Below are positions 1-9,986 of a stretch of 64,000 nucleotides of DNA, piece after piece. This stretch comes from an uncultured Planctomycetales bacterium (GTDB lineage: Bacteria > Omnitrophota > Gorgyraeia > Zapsychrales > Fredricksoniimonadaceae), in assembly GCA_964583975.1 (NCBI GenBank), contig CAZOXU010000001.1:99552-163551 (forward strand). The letters run 5' to 3'. Numbering within the stretch: position 1 is the first letter of the stretch; each line of letters opens with the position of its first letter. The notes beneath the pieces are model-generated. The model did not search any database and was not told the origin of the DNA. It saw only the letters and a list, made by a program, of their open reading frames with translations. The position numbers and the translations under genes are program-made.

Positions 1-55
1 GGCGGTTATTATATATCAGAAATAAAGGTATGGAATAAAAAACTGCGGGATAGTT

Positions 56-1921
56 CTATTGTTTGAGGTATACGCTCAAATTGGCGGCTGCGGGATCTTC
101 AGACCAAATTTTCTTGAATTGACCATTATTGCCCTGCCAAGGATCTTTAGATGTAGTTGTGGATATTAACATACATGGATTGAAATTTCCCAATGGATAG
201 CTTAATTTTCCTGAAACATTATCTACTCCCACATGCTCTAAACGAATAGCTTTGTTTCCCTTATGCAAAAGGAGCCACAAAGGATATTCCCAGTCATCGG
301 CCGCCATTAACAGGCCAATATCCTTGCATTTATAATATAAAACACCTGAAACGGCATTATTGTAAGCAGGAGCTAAAGGTATTTTCTTAACAAAATATCG
401 GCCAAAACGAGGAACTTTGAGCCAATTCCCCTTTCCTATTAATTTCCTGGGATTTCCTGTAAACAAATACGCTTGGGAAAAAATAAAGAGAATAGCAAAA
501 ATAACAATAAAACTGCCACGTAGATTAAGACGTTGCCAAATGGCCCCCAACCAGGGTGATGCCAATACCAAAAAAGGAAGATGAAAACGATTAATCCACG
601 GTTGCCAATTTACTCCCCACGAAAAAGCAATGGCTGATGCTGCCAGACAAAACATATAAATATTCAGATTCTTATCTTTTCGATAGAAAAAGAACCATAA
701 AACTATTGTCAGACATCCTAAAAGAACATGCTGAAAGCTTCCGGCATAATCTTCATCCCGCGATATCTCTCCAATTAAAGTTTCATGACCAGTTTCTGAA
801 GGATCTATTTTATGAATTAAACCCACTAAAGGTTTGTTCACTGCCGCATTAAGAGATTCTATGGACGTACCTAAATTTGATCCAAGATTACATAATAAAT
901 TCACCGCCAGGGTCCGAACGTCGAATTGACGATTTTCTGTCCCCTCGGTTGATCCATAGATATTGCCAAATGTCGATATATTGCGTGCAAAATAACCTGT
1001 ATTGAGCAATAAAGCCAAAATTAAAACCATCACTACCATGGCAAATCTTTTAAATGGCTCTGACTTAACGACACTAAAAAACATTAATAGTAAAAAAGGC
1101 ACAGCATAAAGATAGGCATAAGCTTTTGTTAAAAAAGCGAGTCCTAGACCTAAGCCTGCGAATACCGCATTGGTCCATGAAGGATTAAGACGCCAGCGTA
1201 AAACACAATAGACAAAACTGACAAGCCAGAATGAAGCTACATAATCTGTCTGGGTGCTTGATCCTTGTAAAATACCCATAGGAATCGTTGCCGCAAAGAA
1301 CATAGATAATAATTGCCCTAAACGATTGGCTCCTAAGAACCCAGCAATTGCATACACTCCTACCCAAGAACCGATCATGGCAAAGAATTGTACAAAATTT
1401 GCTAAATAATCTGTCCCCGTCAAAATCAATGTCAGAAAAATAACGTATTCAGCAAAGGGACAATACGATAGTTGCCGAAGGATATGGGTAGGATAATGTT
1501 CTAAGCTATGATTTTGCACCCAATGAGCTACACGACTCAAATGGTACGTCATTGAGTCCCACGTATTAGGAGGAAAACTCCATGCCGTAAAGGCGATGAC
1601 TAGAGCTATAAAAACAATGCTTATTAAAAGAGCTCTTTCCTTCCACGACAATCGACGAAGCTTACCTAAATCTAATGAAAGACGATAAGCTTGATTTTTC
1701 CAAACCAACGCTCCCAGGAAAATAGTTACAATAAGCCATCCTGCCGACAAACCTGCAAACGACAAGCTATGGCCGAGACTTAAACCTTCTGTTAAAACAA
1801 CTAAAACAACACTCCAGAGAATAGAACCTAACAAAAAACTATCTTTCCAGGTAAGCTTAGAATCATATTTTTTTATTAAAGAAGAAATAAAAATGAAGGC
1901 GAGGACAGGAACGAGGATCAT
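56..1921 (-). CDS. Large polytopic membrane protein, possibly a GT-C-type (ArnT/PMT-like) glycosyltransferase
   Basis: The track ORF 56..2008 starts at a TTG. An internal ATG at 1919-1921 overlaps the stop of the upstream gene as ATGA. There are many hydrophobic helices in the N-terminal half, followed by a large soluble C-terminal domain. No sharp motif was found. Confidence 0.45.
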   Translation of the reverse strand: MILVPVLAFIFISSLIKKYDSKLTWKDSFLLGSILWSVVLVVLTEGLSLGHSLSFAGLSAGWLIVTIFLGALVWKNQAYRLSLDLGKLRRLSWKERALLISIVFIALVIAFTAWSFPPNTWDSMTYHLSRVAHWVQNHSLEHYPTHILRQLSYCPFAEYVIFLTLILTGTDYLANFVQFFAMIGSWVGVYAIAGFLGANRLGQLLSMFFAATIPMGILQGSSTQTDYVASFWLVSFVYCVLRWRLNPSWTNAVFAGLGLGLAFLTKAYAYLYAVPFLLLMFFSVVKSEPFKRFAMVVMVLILALLLNTGYFARNISTFGNIYGSTEGTENRQFDVRTLAVNLLCNLGSNLGTSIESLNAAVNKPLVGLIHKIDPSETGHETLIGEISRDEDYAGSFQHVLLGCLTIVLWFFFYRKDKNLNIYMFCLAASAIAFSWGVNWQPWINRFHLPFLVLASPWLGAIWQRLNLRGSFIVIFAILFIFSQAYLFTGNPRKLIGKGNWLKVPRFGRYFVKKIPLAPAYNNAVSGVLYYKCKDIGLLMAADDWEYPLWLLLHKGNKAIRLEHVGVDNVSGKLSYPLGNFNPCMLISTTTSKDPWQGNNGQFKKIWSEDPAAANLSVYLKQ

Positions 1922-3057
1922 ACACCATCCATCCAATTCAAAACCTTTTTTAAACGTGGCAGAATAAGTGCTAAGAGCGCCGCCCAAACAATAATTCTTA
2001 CCCACCAAGTCTTTGAACGTTTGATTAATTCAAGAGCACCAACAGTAAAAATAATAATTCCCAAGGGTGTTAACGACATCAAATAGCGATTGGAGACTTC
2101 AAAGCCCTGAGCGGGAGTTTGAACAAGGAATAAATAGCCAAGAAATGCGACGTAACCAGCTAGCGTTACCCATCCCCAAATAAAAAAAGGCCAAAGAATA
2201 AATTCTCTATTCTTATTGATACGCCAATCCCATACCCAAATCAAAATTGGAATAATAAAAAACGCTGCCAACCGTCCAGAAGGAATATTGGAGAAAATAA
2301 GATTGAATGGCTGACCATAAGAGGCAAAATAAAAAGAATAGTGATCGGCTCTTAAATAATAAATGATACTGACAAGTGCCGGTAAACCAACACAAGCTAA
2401 CAAAGTCCTTACTCGACGTTCTCCCTTAAACCACAAAACAACCGTGGAGGCAGCAATTTGAATAATGCTCAAAGTGGAAATCAACGATAAGAACAAGTTG
2501 GCAATTCCTATCCCCCAACAGTTCGGCTTGCGATCAAAACGGTAATAATAAAGTAAAAAGAGTGCCTGAATGGTAGTTCCTAAAAAAACTAATGCGTACG
2601 GTCTGGCTTCGGCCCAGTAATACCAAAGCATATAAGAAGACACCGCAACAATAAAAGCAATTAACCCGCCTATCCAAGAATAATACGTACAAAAAAACCA
2701 CACCAACAAAGCCAAACCCAGAGATATGCAAACGACAGGAGCTATTCTTAAAATAAAACGAGCTTCCATATCTTCTTTATGCCACAGATCATTGGATTGA
2801 TAATGAAACAGGTTACAGATGATCTTTTGAATCGAATAAAATAAAGGAGAATTATTTCCCTCCCCAATCTCCCCTTTCCAAATATCCCCCCAAGAGATAA
2901 CCTCCACACTGGAGATCTGCGTAAAAATCTCATCATTCCAAAGCGGCTTATTCATCGCCAGGTTAAATCCTTGGCACAGACCTAACGTGAAAATAAACAA
3001 AGCCACAAGCAAAACACAAAATTGTCGGGATAATTTCATAGGAATCCTATTTAACAA
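1918..3057 (-). CDS. Membrane glycosyltransferase, GT-C / PMT_2 (ArnT-like) family
   Basis: Multi-TM protein with an early-loop 'WNDEIF' (a D-E motif typical of ArnT/PMT-like GT-C enzymes). It sits in tandem with another polytopic membrane protein. Confidence 0.5.
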   Translation of the reverse strand: MLNRIPMKLSRQFCVLLVALFIFTLGLCQGFNLAMNKPLWNDEIFTQISSVEVISWGDIWKGEIGEGNNSPLFYSIQKIICNLFHYQSNDLWHKEDMEARFILRIAPVVCISLGLALLVWFFCTYYSWIGGLIAFIVAVSSYMLWYYWAEARPYALVFLGTTIQALFLLYYYRFDRKPNCWGIGIANLFLSLISTLSIIQIAASTVVLWFKGERRVRTLLACVGLPALVSIIYYLRADHYSFYFASYGQPFNLIFSNIPSGRLAAFFIIPILIWVWDWRINKNREFILWPFFIWGWVTLAGYVAFLGYLFLVQTPAQGFEVSNRYLMSLTPLGIIIFTVGALELIKRSKTWWVRIIVWAALLALILPRLKKVLNWMDGV

Positions 3058-4150
3058 ACACCTTTACCATGCGTTGAGAGTATTGATTCAAATTATAAAC
3101 TGAGTCGAAACGTGAGCGACTGGCGCTAGACATTCGTTTACGCAAATCTGGATTAGATAAAAGTTCGAGAGTTTTTTGGGCAAACTCTTGAGAATTTCCT
3201 TTGGAACATAGGAATCCTGTTTCTGCCTCCATAACAATTTCAGGAATTGTCCCCTCTTTCGAGGCAACAATAGGAATGCCTTCGGCCATCGCATGAAGCA
3301 AAACAAGGCCAAAAACATCTCTTAAAGTGGGAAAAATAAAAACATCAGCCCCTCGGAAAATAGAGGTCCTCTCTGTAGCATCTTCGACATAACCTAAATA
3401 TCGAACTCGGGCAGGATATTCTTTTTGTAATTTCTCTAACCGCAAAGCTACCTCTTCATTCTCCATAGGTCCAGCAAAAGTGATCACAACCTTTCTATTG
3501 GCTTGAAGAATTAAGGCACAAGCATCAAAGGCTACAAAAACACCTTTATCCTTACTCATGTGAGAAAAATACAATACATTTAAAAAGTCATGATCTGGTC
3601 TATTGGGCTGCGCCTTCCAATCATGACTGTCTTCGACAACCCCAGGCACAGAAAAGATTTTTGAATCATCCATGAGTCCCTGATAAGTTTTACGGACATT
3701 TTCTCCCATGACAATACTTCCCTCTGCATTTTTAAGCATCCAACGCAGCATATTGCGTTGCCAACCCGACAAGCTCTCATACAACTCAGCCACATATTGC
3801 CCAAAATCATGAAAAATAACCTGACGTCTTAGTACAATCCCTGTGCCACAAAATAAAAGGTCTTTCAAAAAAGGCATCCGATAAAAGCTGCTATTGTAAA
3901 GAACGTACTGAGGCTGCCAGAAAATAATAAGACCAAGATACTGGATATAGTACTTGGCCATCTTAAATATCTTCTCAAAAGTGACCTTCTTATTAGTCTG
4001 ATATGACCAAAAATGCATATTAAGAAAGCGAACATTAACACTCTCAGGAAAAGCGGATTTCATCAGCATCTCATACATAACGCTGTGGCCGAAATAAGGC
4101 GGTGGTAAAACTCCACAAACAAGAATTTTTGGTCTAATGTTGTTGGGCAT
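3047..4150 (-). CDS. Glycosyltransferase family 4 (GT-B, retaining)
   Basis: C-terminal EX7E-type motif 'GADVFIFPTLRDVFGLVLLHAMAEGIPIVASKEGTIPEIV'. Confidence 0.8.
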   Translation of the reverse strand: MPNNIRPKILVCGVLPPPYFGHSVMYEMLMKSAFPESVNVRFLNMHFWSYQTNKKVTFEKIFKMAKYYIQYLGLIIFWQPQYVLYNSSFYRMPFLKDLLFCGTGIVLRRQVIFHDFGQYVAELYESLSGWQRNMLRWMLKNAEGSIVMGENVRKTYQGLMDDSKIFSVPGVVEDSHDWKAQPNRPDHDFLNVLYFSHMSKDKGVFVAFDACALILQANRKVVITFAGPMENEEVALRLEKLQKEYPARVRYLGYVEDATERTSIFRGADVFIFPTLRDVFGLVLLHAMAEGIPIVASKEGTIPEIVMEAETGFLCSKGNSQEFAQKTLELLSNPDLRKRMSSASRSRFDSVYNLNQYSQRMVKVFVK

Positions 4151-4955
4151 AATATTGATAATAACGACGCAAACCTTCTTCTAGATTAATCGAAGGCTGC
4201 CAACCAGTCGCTCGCTTAATTTTGTCACAAGATACTTCCATTTTAGGCTGCGAACCTTCATCGGTAAATGTTATATCTGATGATGACTTACAAATTTTCT
4301 TAATCATCGATGCCAAGTCTTCAAGTCGTACAAGTTCAGAGGAAGCTAAATTAAACACACCATGGACCTGAGGATTTGTTGCCACATTTAAAATAGCACT
4401 GATTAAATCATCAATATAAACAAACTGTAGCCAAGTTCCTTTTGGACCAAAGACCTTGATAGGCTCATTACTCATAGCCTTGCTAAAAAATATAGGAATA
4501 ACAGCTTTCTCTGGCTGACCAGGCCCAAAAACATTCGTACATCTTAAAATAACCAACTCCTGGGCAGGCTTCAAATTCAAACATGCCTGCTCAGCCTGCC
4601 ATTTGCTTTGTTCATAAGCATTTTGAGGATCAATATCGCTGTCCTCACGAATGATCTCTATGCCTTTACGATAAAATTTAGTAGTTGATAAAAAAATGTA
4701 CTTCTTGGCCTGCACACCAGATAAAACATGCTTAGTCCCTTCAATATTCACACGCGAATAGATTGAAGGATCGGTATTCCCCACATTTGTAATGTTGTAA
4801 GCAGCTAGATGAATAACAACATCAAATGGTTCGATGACTGTAAAAGGAGTTGTAATGTCAAATCTTCGTGCATCGACCTCATGTCCAGCATGGGTAAGTT
4901 GCTCAACTAGATATTGACCAACAAAACCACTGGCTCCGGTTACAAAGATTTTCAT
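4134..4955 (-). CDS. NAD(P)-dependent sugar reductase/epimerase, RmlD-like (dTDP-4-dehydrorhamnose reductase family)
   Basis: Rossmann 'MKIFVTGASGFVGQYL'. Length is about 273 aa measured from the internal ATG at 4953-4955, which makes an ATGA overlap with the upstream stop. The gene sits adjacent to rmlA/rmlB-like genes. Confidence 0.6.
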   Translation of the reverse strand: MKIFVTGASGFVGQYLVEQLTHAGHEVDARRFDITTPFTVIEPFDVVIHLAAYNITNVGNTDPSIYSRVNIEGTKHVLSGVQAKKYIFLSTTKFYRKGIEIIREDSDIDPQNAYEQSKWQAEQACLNLKPAQELVILRCTNVFGPGQPEKAVIPIFFSKAMSNEPIKVFGPKGTWLQFVYIDDLISAILNVATNPQVHGVFNLASSELVRLEDLASMIKKICKSSSDITFTDEGSQPKMEVSCDKIKRATGWQPSINLEEGLRRYYQYYAQQH

Positions 4956-5677
4956 TTTTGACTTAATGTATGGATAAGGACAGTAGCATTGTACAGAGAC
5001 TCGAAAGATCCAGCATCTGTCCAAGGTGATTTTAGAATGGAATATGACAACTGACGTTCTTTAATGTAGTGAGCAAGCACATCAGTCACTTCATACTCAC
5101 CACGAGGACTCTTTTTTAAGTTCTTTAAAAGTTTAAATACATCGGGTGAAAACATCCACAACCCTGTATTAACATAATTAGATTTTGGATTTCTTGGTTT
5201 CTCCACAATATTAACAATACGATCACCTTTAATAGTGACCACTCCGTATTTCTGAGGATCTTTGACCTTGGCTACCAAGACCTTTGCTTTAACGGCATCT
5301 TTTCTCTTTTTGAAATCCTCTACAAAGCCTCGTGCACTCTCAACAATAATATTATCACCTAAAATAACCATACAATCTTGGTCCTTCACAAATGATTCAG
5401 CCAACAGCAAGGCTGCTCCAGTGCCCCCACTACCTTCTTGGATTTCATAACTAAAATGCGCACCCCATTCCTTGCCAGAACCTAATAGACGAAAGAAATC
5501 ACCAATATGTTCCCCACCCGTAACAATCAAAATATCTTTAATCCCAGCATTAATTAATGTTTGCAAAGGATAATAAATCATGGGCTGTTTATAAACAGGC
5601 AATAAATGTTTATTAGTGACCTTGGTCAAGGGCAATAATCGAGAACCTGTTCCGCCTGCAAGTAGAACGCCTTTCAT
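4952..5677 (-). CDS. rfbA: Glucose-1-phosphate thymidylyltransferase-like sugar nucleotidyltransferase (short form)
   Basis: 'LLAGGTGSRLLPLTKVTNKHLLPVYKQPMIYYPLQTL' matches the RmlA N-terminal signature. At 241 aa it is shorter than canonical RmlA. Confidence 0.7.
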   Translation of the reverse strand: MKGVLLAGGTGSRLLPLTKVTNKHLLPVYKQPMIYYPLQTLINAGIKDILIVTGGEHIGDFFRLLGSGKEWGAHFSYEIQEGSGGTGAALLLAESFVKDQDCMVILGDNIIVESARGFVEDFKKRKDAVKAKVLVAKVKDPQKYGVVTIKGDRIVNIVEKPRNPKSNYVNTGLWMFSPDVFKLLKNLKKSPRGEYEVTDVLAHYIKERQLSYSILKSPWTDAGSFESLYNATVLIHTLSQK

Positions 5678-6687
5678 TTTTTATCCCCCCAAAAACCCCT
5701 TTGATATCGCTGATCCATGCTCTGCTTAATTGGACGCCACCAGGGTTCATTGTTTTGATACCAATCCACAGTCACTTTTAATCCTTGATCAATGCCATGG
5801 GTTTGCTTCCACCCTAACTTCTTAAGTTTAGAACAATCTAAGCTATATCTAAAATCATGTCCTGGTCGATCCTGAACATATTTAATAGAAGATTCGTTTT
5901 TCCCCATCAACTTCAATATTCGCTTTGTTAAATCAATATTGGTTAATTCTTGTTCTCCGCCAATATTATATACTTCTCCATTAACACCTTTGTGAATCAA
6001 AAGATCGATACCACTACAATGATCTTCGACAAAAAGCCAATCTCTAATCTGCTGACCCTCCCCAAAAACAGGCACTTGTTGGCCATCAATCAGATTGGTT
6101 ATAAACAAAGGAATAACTTTCTCAAGATAAGCCGCAGGTCCGTAATTGTTAGAAGCCCTTGTGACGATGACTGGTAAACCATAAGTGGCAAAGAAACTAT
6201 AGGCTAAGCGATCACCGCCTAATTTTGAAGCCGCATAGGGATTACGAGGCCGTAATTCCGAAGTTTCCGTAAAACTTCCTTCTAGTATTTGCCCATAGAC
6301 TTCATCCGTTGAAATTTGGATAAAGCGCTCTAATTGTTTTTGATTACGGGCTTCCTGCAATAGTGAGTAGACCCCCAAGACATCGGTTTTAAGAAAAGAA
6401 TCAGGATCATCAATAGATCTATCCACCGCAGCTTCAGCAGCAAAATTAACCACTATATGCGCACCCTGCATGGCTTTTTTGACAATTACTGGATCACAGA
6501 TATCTCCTTGGATAAATGAAAATCCAGAATAACGTTGCATGCCTTTAATATTTTGAATATTGCCCGCATAGGTCATCTTATCAAGAACAACGACTTCGAT
6601 ATCTTTATGTTGTTGATATAGATAATGGACGAAGTTACTTCCAATAAAACCTGCAGCGCCAGTTATTAAATATCTTTTTTTAACCAT
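5674..6687 (-). CDS. rfbB: dTDP-glucose 4,6-dehydratase
   Basis: 'YLITGAAGFIGSNFVHYL', catalytic 'YAASK', and 337 aa length typical of RmlB. Confidence 0.85.
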   Translation of the reverse strand: MVKKRYLITGAAGFIGSNFVHYLYQQHKDIEVVVLDKMTYAGNIQNIKGMQRYSGFSFIQGDICDPVIVKKAMQGAHIVVNFAAEAAVDRSIDDPDSFLKTDVLGVYSLLQEARNQKQLERFIQISTDEVYGQILEGSFTETSELRPRNPYAASKLGGDRLAYSFFATYGLPVIVTRASNNYGPAAYLEKVIPLFITNLIDGQQVPVFGEGQQIRDWLFVEDHCSGIDLLIHKGVNGEVYNIGGEQELTNIDLTKRILKLMGKNESSIKYVQDRPGHDFRYSLDCSKLKKLGWKQTHGIDQGLKVTVDWYQNNEPWWRPIKQSMDQRYQRGFWGDKK

Positions 6688-6692
6688 AGGAC

Positions 6693-8402
6693 CTATTTAA
6701 CAACCTTCTCTTCGAGTTGATCACGATAAGCCCAAGTAAGGCCGAACAATGACCAAAATAAGACAGCATTATAAGGCAATTCCAAAATGACAAGGAAATT
6801 TGATAAAACCAGCCAATAAACTAATGCGCCCACCAAAAAACCTCCCTCAACGGATTTCATTTTATAAAAATCTTTAGCCAGCCTAGCCACTAAAAGTAAT
6901 AACATAATAATCAAGCCTACTCCCAAAACGCCTGTACGATAAATGATATGAAAGAAAGAATTATGTGGCGTAATCCACCCATCTCTATTCCACTCAATAA
7001 ATCCCCATTCCAAAGCTTCGATCGATGGCGAACGCTGCGGTTTACCAAAACCAACTCCAAGAAATTTATGGCTGGACCTCAATTCTTCAAACATATCTTC
7101 CCAAATAAAGACGCGAAATAAAATATTATTAACCGCGATATCTAAATCACGCGGGGTTGCACCTTTTGTTGGCACAACGTCCTCGGTCGTCTCATTTATT
7201 ATAGAATTTTGTTGTGTTAATTGCCCACTCTTAGAGGAATTCTCACTGGATGCTTCTAAAAAAGTATTTAATTTTGCCATTTTATAATTTAATTCATTCA
7301 TAAAAGCATCTGGCATATTAGGATTGTATAAATTATATGTTGGGTGTTGAGATGAACTTCTTTCGTTCACTTTATCAGGAACAGATTGGGAAACTTCATT
7401 AATCATTACTTTTTCTTGTGGTACTGATACTTGTTGGGGCTTTAAGATCTCTGCTCTTGATGAAGGATGAATCTCATTCTTAAAAATCTCTCCACCTTGA
7501 GTGCTTAACTGATTGTCAGAACTTTTCCGATTAGGATTATACAATTTATAAGAAGCAATCTGCGGATTACTGGATTTCTTAATTGTTAAAATATGCTTTT
7601 TTTCATATTTATACCTTTTCACTAAAGTATCCCACTTCAACATAGAATTTACGGCATTTTGATCTGAAACCTTAGTGACACCAATAAAAAAAGCAATAAC
7701 GAAAACTGCAACCAAACACACACGAATCTTAAAAGGAACCTTGTAAATCAAACCTCTATTCGCATAGATTAAAAATAATAAGGCGCCCCAAATAGCCACC
7801 ATATGCGTTCGGCTACCTACAAATAAATTGTCCATATGAGAAAGAACCAAAACAAGGATAATGGCAGGAAAACGCCAAGAAAAAGGAAGGATCTTAAAAA
7901 TGAAGATTACTATTAAAAGAAGATAAGTAAACCAGAAGTAAGCTTGAACTTGATTTAAAACCATGAGTAAAACCAAAATACCAAAGATAGGAAAGCTTAA
8001 CATTTTGTTAGCAAAAATACGTCGGTTATAAAAACTATACCCTAAGAAAGCAAACCATGGGTAGTAAAACAATGCTGCATTACGTAAAGCTAGCGGTCCC
8101 CATTCCAAATATCCCACCAAGGCAAGAATCAGCACCCATACAAAATAAACAACCCACAACCAATACCATTTAAGCCAACCTTGAGTAAGCCAAAGCTTTA
8201 AGAACAAAAGAATAAGACAAAAACTCAGCAACCACTCACTAATAAAAATAGGAAAATTTAAAAAAGAAAATCGGGTATTCAGTTCTGCAAAACTAGAACC
8301 AAACACAGAGGATCCCAAAGCATAAAGAGAGATTCCCAATACACCTAAAATATCAATGTAATCTGTTTTAGATAAATCTTTAAAATTATGATTCTGTGTC
8401 AT
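6693..8402 (-). CDS. O-antigen ligase / Wzy_C family membrane protein (WaaL, Wzy or an O-oligosaccharyltransferase-like protein)
   Basis: Polytopic protein with a large periplasmic loop. The Wzy_C-type motif 'PHNSFFHIIYRTGVLG' (HN..L...E.G..G) lies in the C-terminal part. The loop carries repeated 'YKLYNPN' and 'YNLYNPN' segments. Confidence 0.6.
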   Translation of the reverse strand: MTQNHNFKDLSKTDYIDILGVLGISLYALGSSVFGSSFAELNTRFSFLNFPIFISEWLLSFCLILLFLKLWLTQGWLKWYWLWVVYFVWVLILALVGYLEWGPLALRNAALFYYPWFAFLGYSFYNRRIFANKMLSFPIFGILVLLMVLNQVQAYFWFTYLLLIVIFIFKILPFSWRFPAIILVLVLSHMDNLFVGSRTHMVAIWGALLFLIYANRGLIYKVPFKIRVCLVAVFVIAFFIGVTKVSDQNAVNSMLKWDTLVKRYKYEKKHILTIKKSSNPQIASYKLYNPNRKSSDNQLSTQGGEIFKNEIHPSSRAEILKPQQVSVPQEKVMINEVSQSVPDKVNERSSSQHPTYNLYNPNMPDAFMNELNYKMAKLNTFLEASSENSSKSGQLTQQNSIINETTEDVVPTKGATPRDLDIAVNNILFRVFIWEDMFEELRSSHKFLGVGFGKPQRSPSIEALEWGFIEWNRDGWITPHNSFFHIIYRTGVLGVGLIIMLLLLVARLAKDFYKMKSVEGGFLVGALVYWLVLSNFLVILELPYNAVLFWSLFGLTWAYRDQLEEKVVK

Positions 8403-9292
8403 TTTACAGTATCAATGCGTCCTAAAATAACCTTCCCTATACCTTCCCAGTCCCCTTGGATTTTCTGGAAATCTAAACATATTAAATCTCGCAATACATA
8501 CCCCAACACACACCAGGCATAAGCACCAACAAAAATATTATTCTTCTTAGTTAAATAATACATATTTTGTATCCATTCTCTTCTATACTTGCGGCCAGAG
8601 TCCTTACCTGGAGGATTCTTGGTCTGAAAACAAATAGATTTAGGCTGAAAAAAAAGTTTGTGATGGCGTGAGATTCGATACGAAACATCAACATCATCTC
8701 CGTGACCAGTGCCGCATATACGCTCATCAAAACGATACTTACCAATTATCTTGCGTCGCCAGAACGTGCAACCACCTGAGACAAATTCGGTTTCACAAAA
8801 TTCTTTCTTCCAATGAGGATAGGTTTGCATCCCACTGATCAAAAAACGACCACTACCTTCGTGCGGCATCAGAAAAAAAGCCTGAAAAGGTTTTGGACGA
8901 TAATTCCATCCCTGTATCGTCCCCATTCCTCCGGCATACTTCTCTATGCGGTCATCCATAAACACTTTAACAATACTCTCACAAAATAGAGGATCTAAGG
9001 TAATATCATCATCCAAAAAAGCCACCAAATCCGTTTCACAAGCATCTAAACCAGCATGACGCGCCAAAATGAGTGATTTAACCTGGCGATGGATATATGT
9101 CTTATTGATCTGCGGATGATTCCATGCATTAAAAATATCACGCGTTAGATGATTGTCACTTTGATCAACCACAACGATCGCAGCAGGCAAAAGGGTTTGC
9201 TGTTCAATGGAGGATAAAAGATTTTTGACAAGTTCGGGACGATTTAATGTAGGAAGAATAATGCTATAGGTCATAGGGGTTTCTTCAAACAA
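8399..9292 (-). CDS. Glycosyltransferase family 2
   Basis: N-terminal 'YSIILPTLNRPELVKNLLSSIEQQT...VVVDQSDN' and 'FLDDD' (DxD). Confidence 0.75.
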   Translation of the reverse strand: MFEETPMTYSIILPTLNRPELVKNLLSSIEQQTLLPAAIVVVDQSDNHLTRDIFNAWNHPQINKTYIHRQVKSLILARHAGLDACETDLVAFLDDDITLDPLFCESIVKVFMDDRIEKYAGGMGTIQGWNYRPKPFQAFFLMPHEGSGRFLISGMQTYPHWKKEFCETEFVSGGCTFWRRKIIGKYRFDERICGTGHGDDVDVSYRISRHHKLFFQPKSICFQTKNPPGKDSGRKYRREWIQNMYYLTKKNNIFVGAYAWCVLGYVLRDLICLDFQKIQGDWEGIGKVILGRIDTVK

Positions 9293-9983
9293 CCTGACGG
9301 ACTAAGCGGAACGCTTCAGCTTTTTTAATCCCTACAGACAAGCCTCTAAAAGTAGCCAAGGTTTCCAGTCCTTTATCTGAACGAAAATGTGGAAATGGCC
9401 TTGCTTCCCCTCTATAGCAATGCCAAGCTTTCATTTTTTTCTGCCAGACTTTCTCAACATCAACAAAAACATTTGGCCTGAAATGGGGATCAAATTTCCA
9501 ATTCCCACTGCATATAATTTCAAAAGCATAAATTTCGCGAGGGGCCCAGATATTCACAGGACGGCAGGCAACCTCAACAGCTTCATAGGTAATGCGATGG
9601 TCGATATTCACTTCAGATGGGTTATGTGTCAAAAGAATGGTCGGACGAAAAGACCTCATTTCTCCTTCAATATCTTTAACAATGGAAAGAAAAGGGTACG
9701 TATCAAATTGCGTGCATAATCTTTCAGAGAAACGGACATGTTTGACCCCTAAAACCTTGAGGGCTGCTTGTGCTTCCCTCTGTCTTTGGGCTGTCTGTGC
9801 AAAGAATTCTGGCGAATCATATTGTCCAATAGGAAAACGTGCTGAAATCCCTTCGCCCAGAAATACCACCTTGACCTGTGCACCTTGCTGCAAGGCCTTT
9901 AAAATAGTGCCTCCACAACCGAGCACTTCATCATCAGGATGGGCAGCAATGACTAAAAGACGTGTTTTAGAAGTAAAATGCAT
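9285..9983 (-). CDS. PIG-L/LmbE family N-acetylglucosaminyl deacetylase
   Basis: 'LVIAAHPDDEVLGCGGT' (AHPDDE motif). Confidence 0.8.
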   Translation of the reverse strand: MHFTSKTRLLVIAAHPDDEVLGCGGTILKALQQGAQVKVVFLGEGISARFPIGQYDSPEFFAQTAQRQREAQAALKVLGVKHVRFSERLCTQFDTYPFLSIVKDIEGEMRSFRPTILLTHNPSEVNIDHRITYEAVEVACRPVNIWAPREIYAFEIICSGNWKFDPHFRPNVFVDVEKVWQKKMKAWHCYRGEARPFPHFRSDKGLETLATFRGLSVGIKKAEAFRLVRQVV

Positions 9984-9986
9984 ACT

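Noticed and set aside
56-2008. N-terminally extended track ORFs (56..2008, 4134..5024, 12652..13644, 13580..15202, 39085..40224, 52937..53752).
   Set aside because: The extended starts are TTG/GTG or overlap the upstream gene by 60-100 nt. Internal ATGs create compact ATGA-type junctions and align with conserved N-terminal motifs, so I used the shorter coordinates.
3088-3810. Small minus-strand ORFs nested in larger genes (3088..3318, 3580..3810, 2213..2936 series, 8551..8745, 10349..10567, 13681..13926, 15384..15602, 24631..24834, 27434..27643, 29799..30035, 38542..38739, 40573..40839, 46865..47068, 48195..48473, 49152..49334, 53934..54134, 58376..58567, 62081..62335).
   Set aside because: They are out-of-frame overlaps with well-supported long CDSs and carry no motifs.
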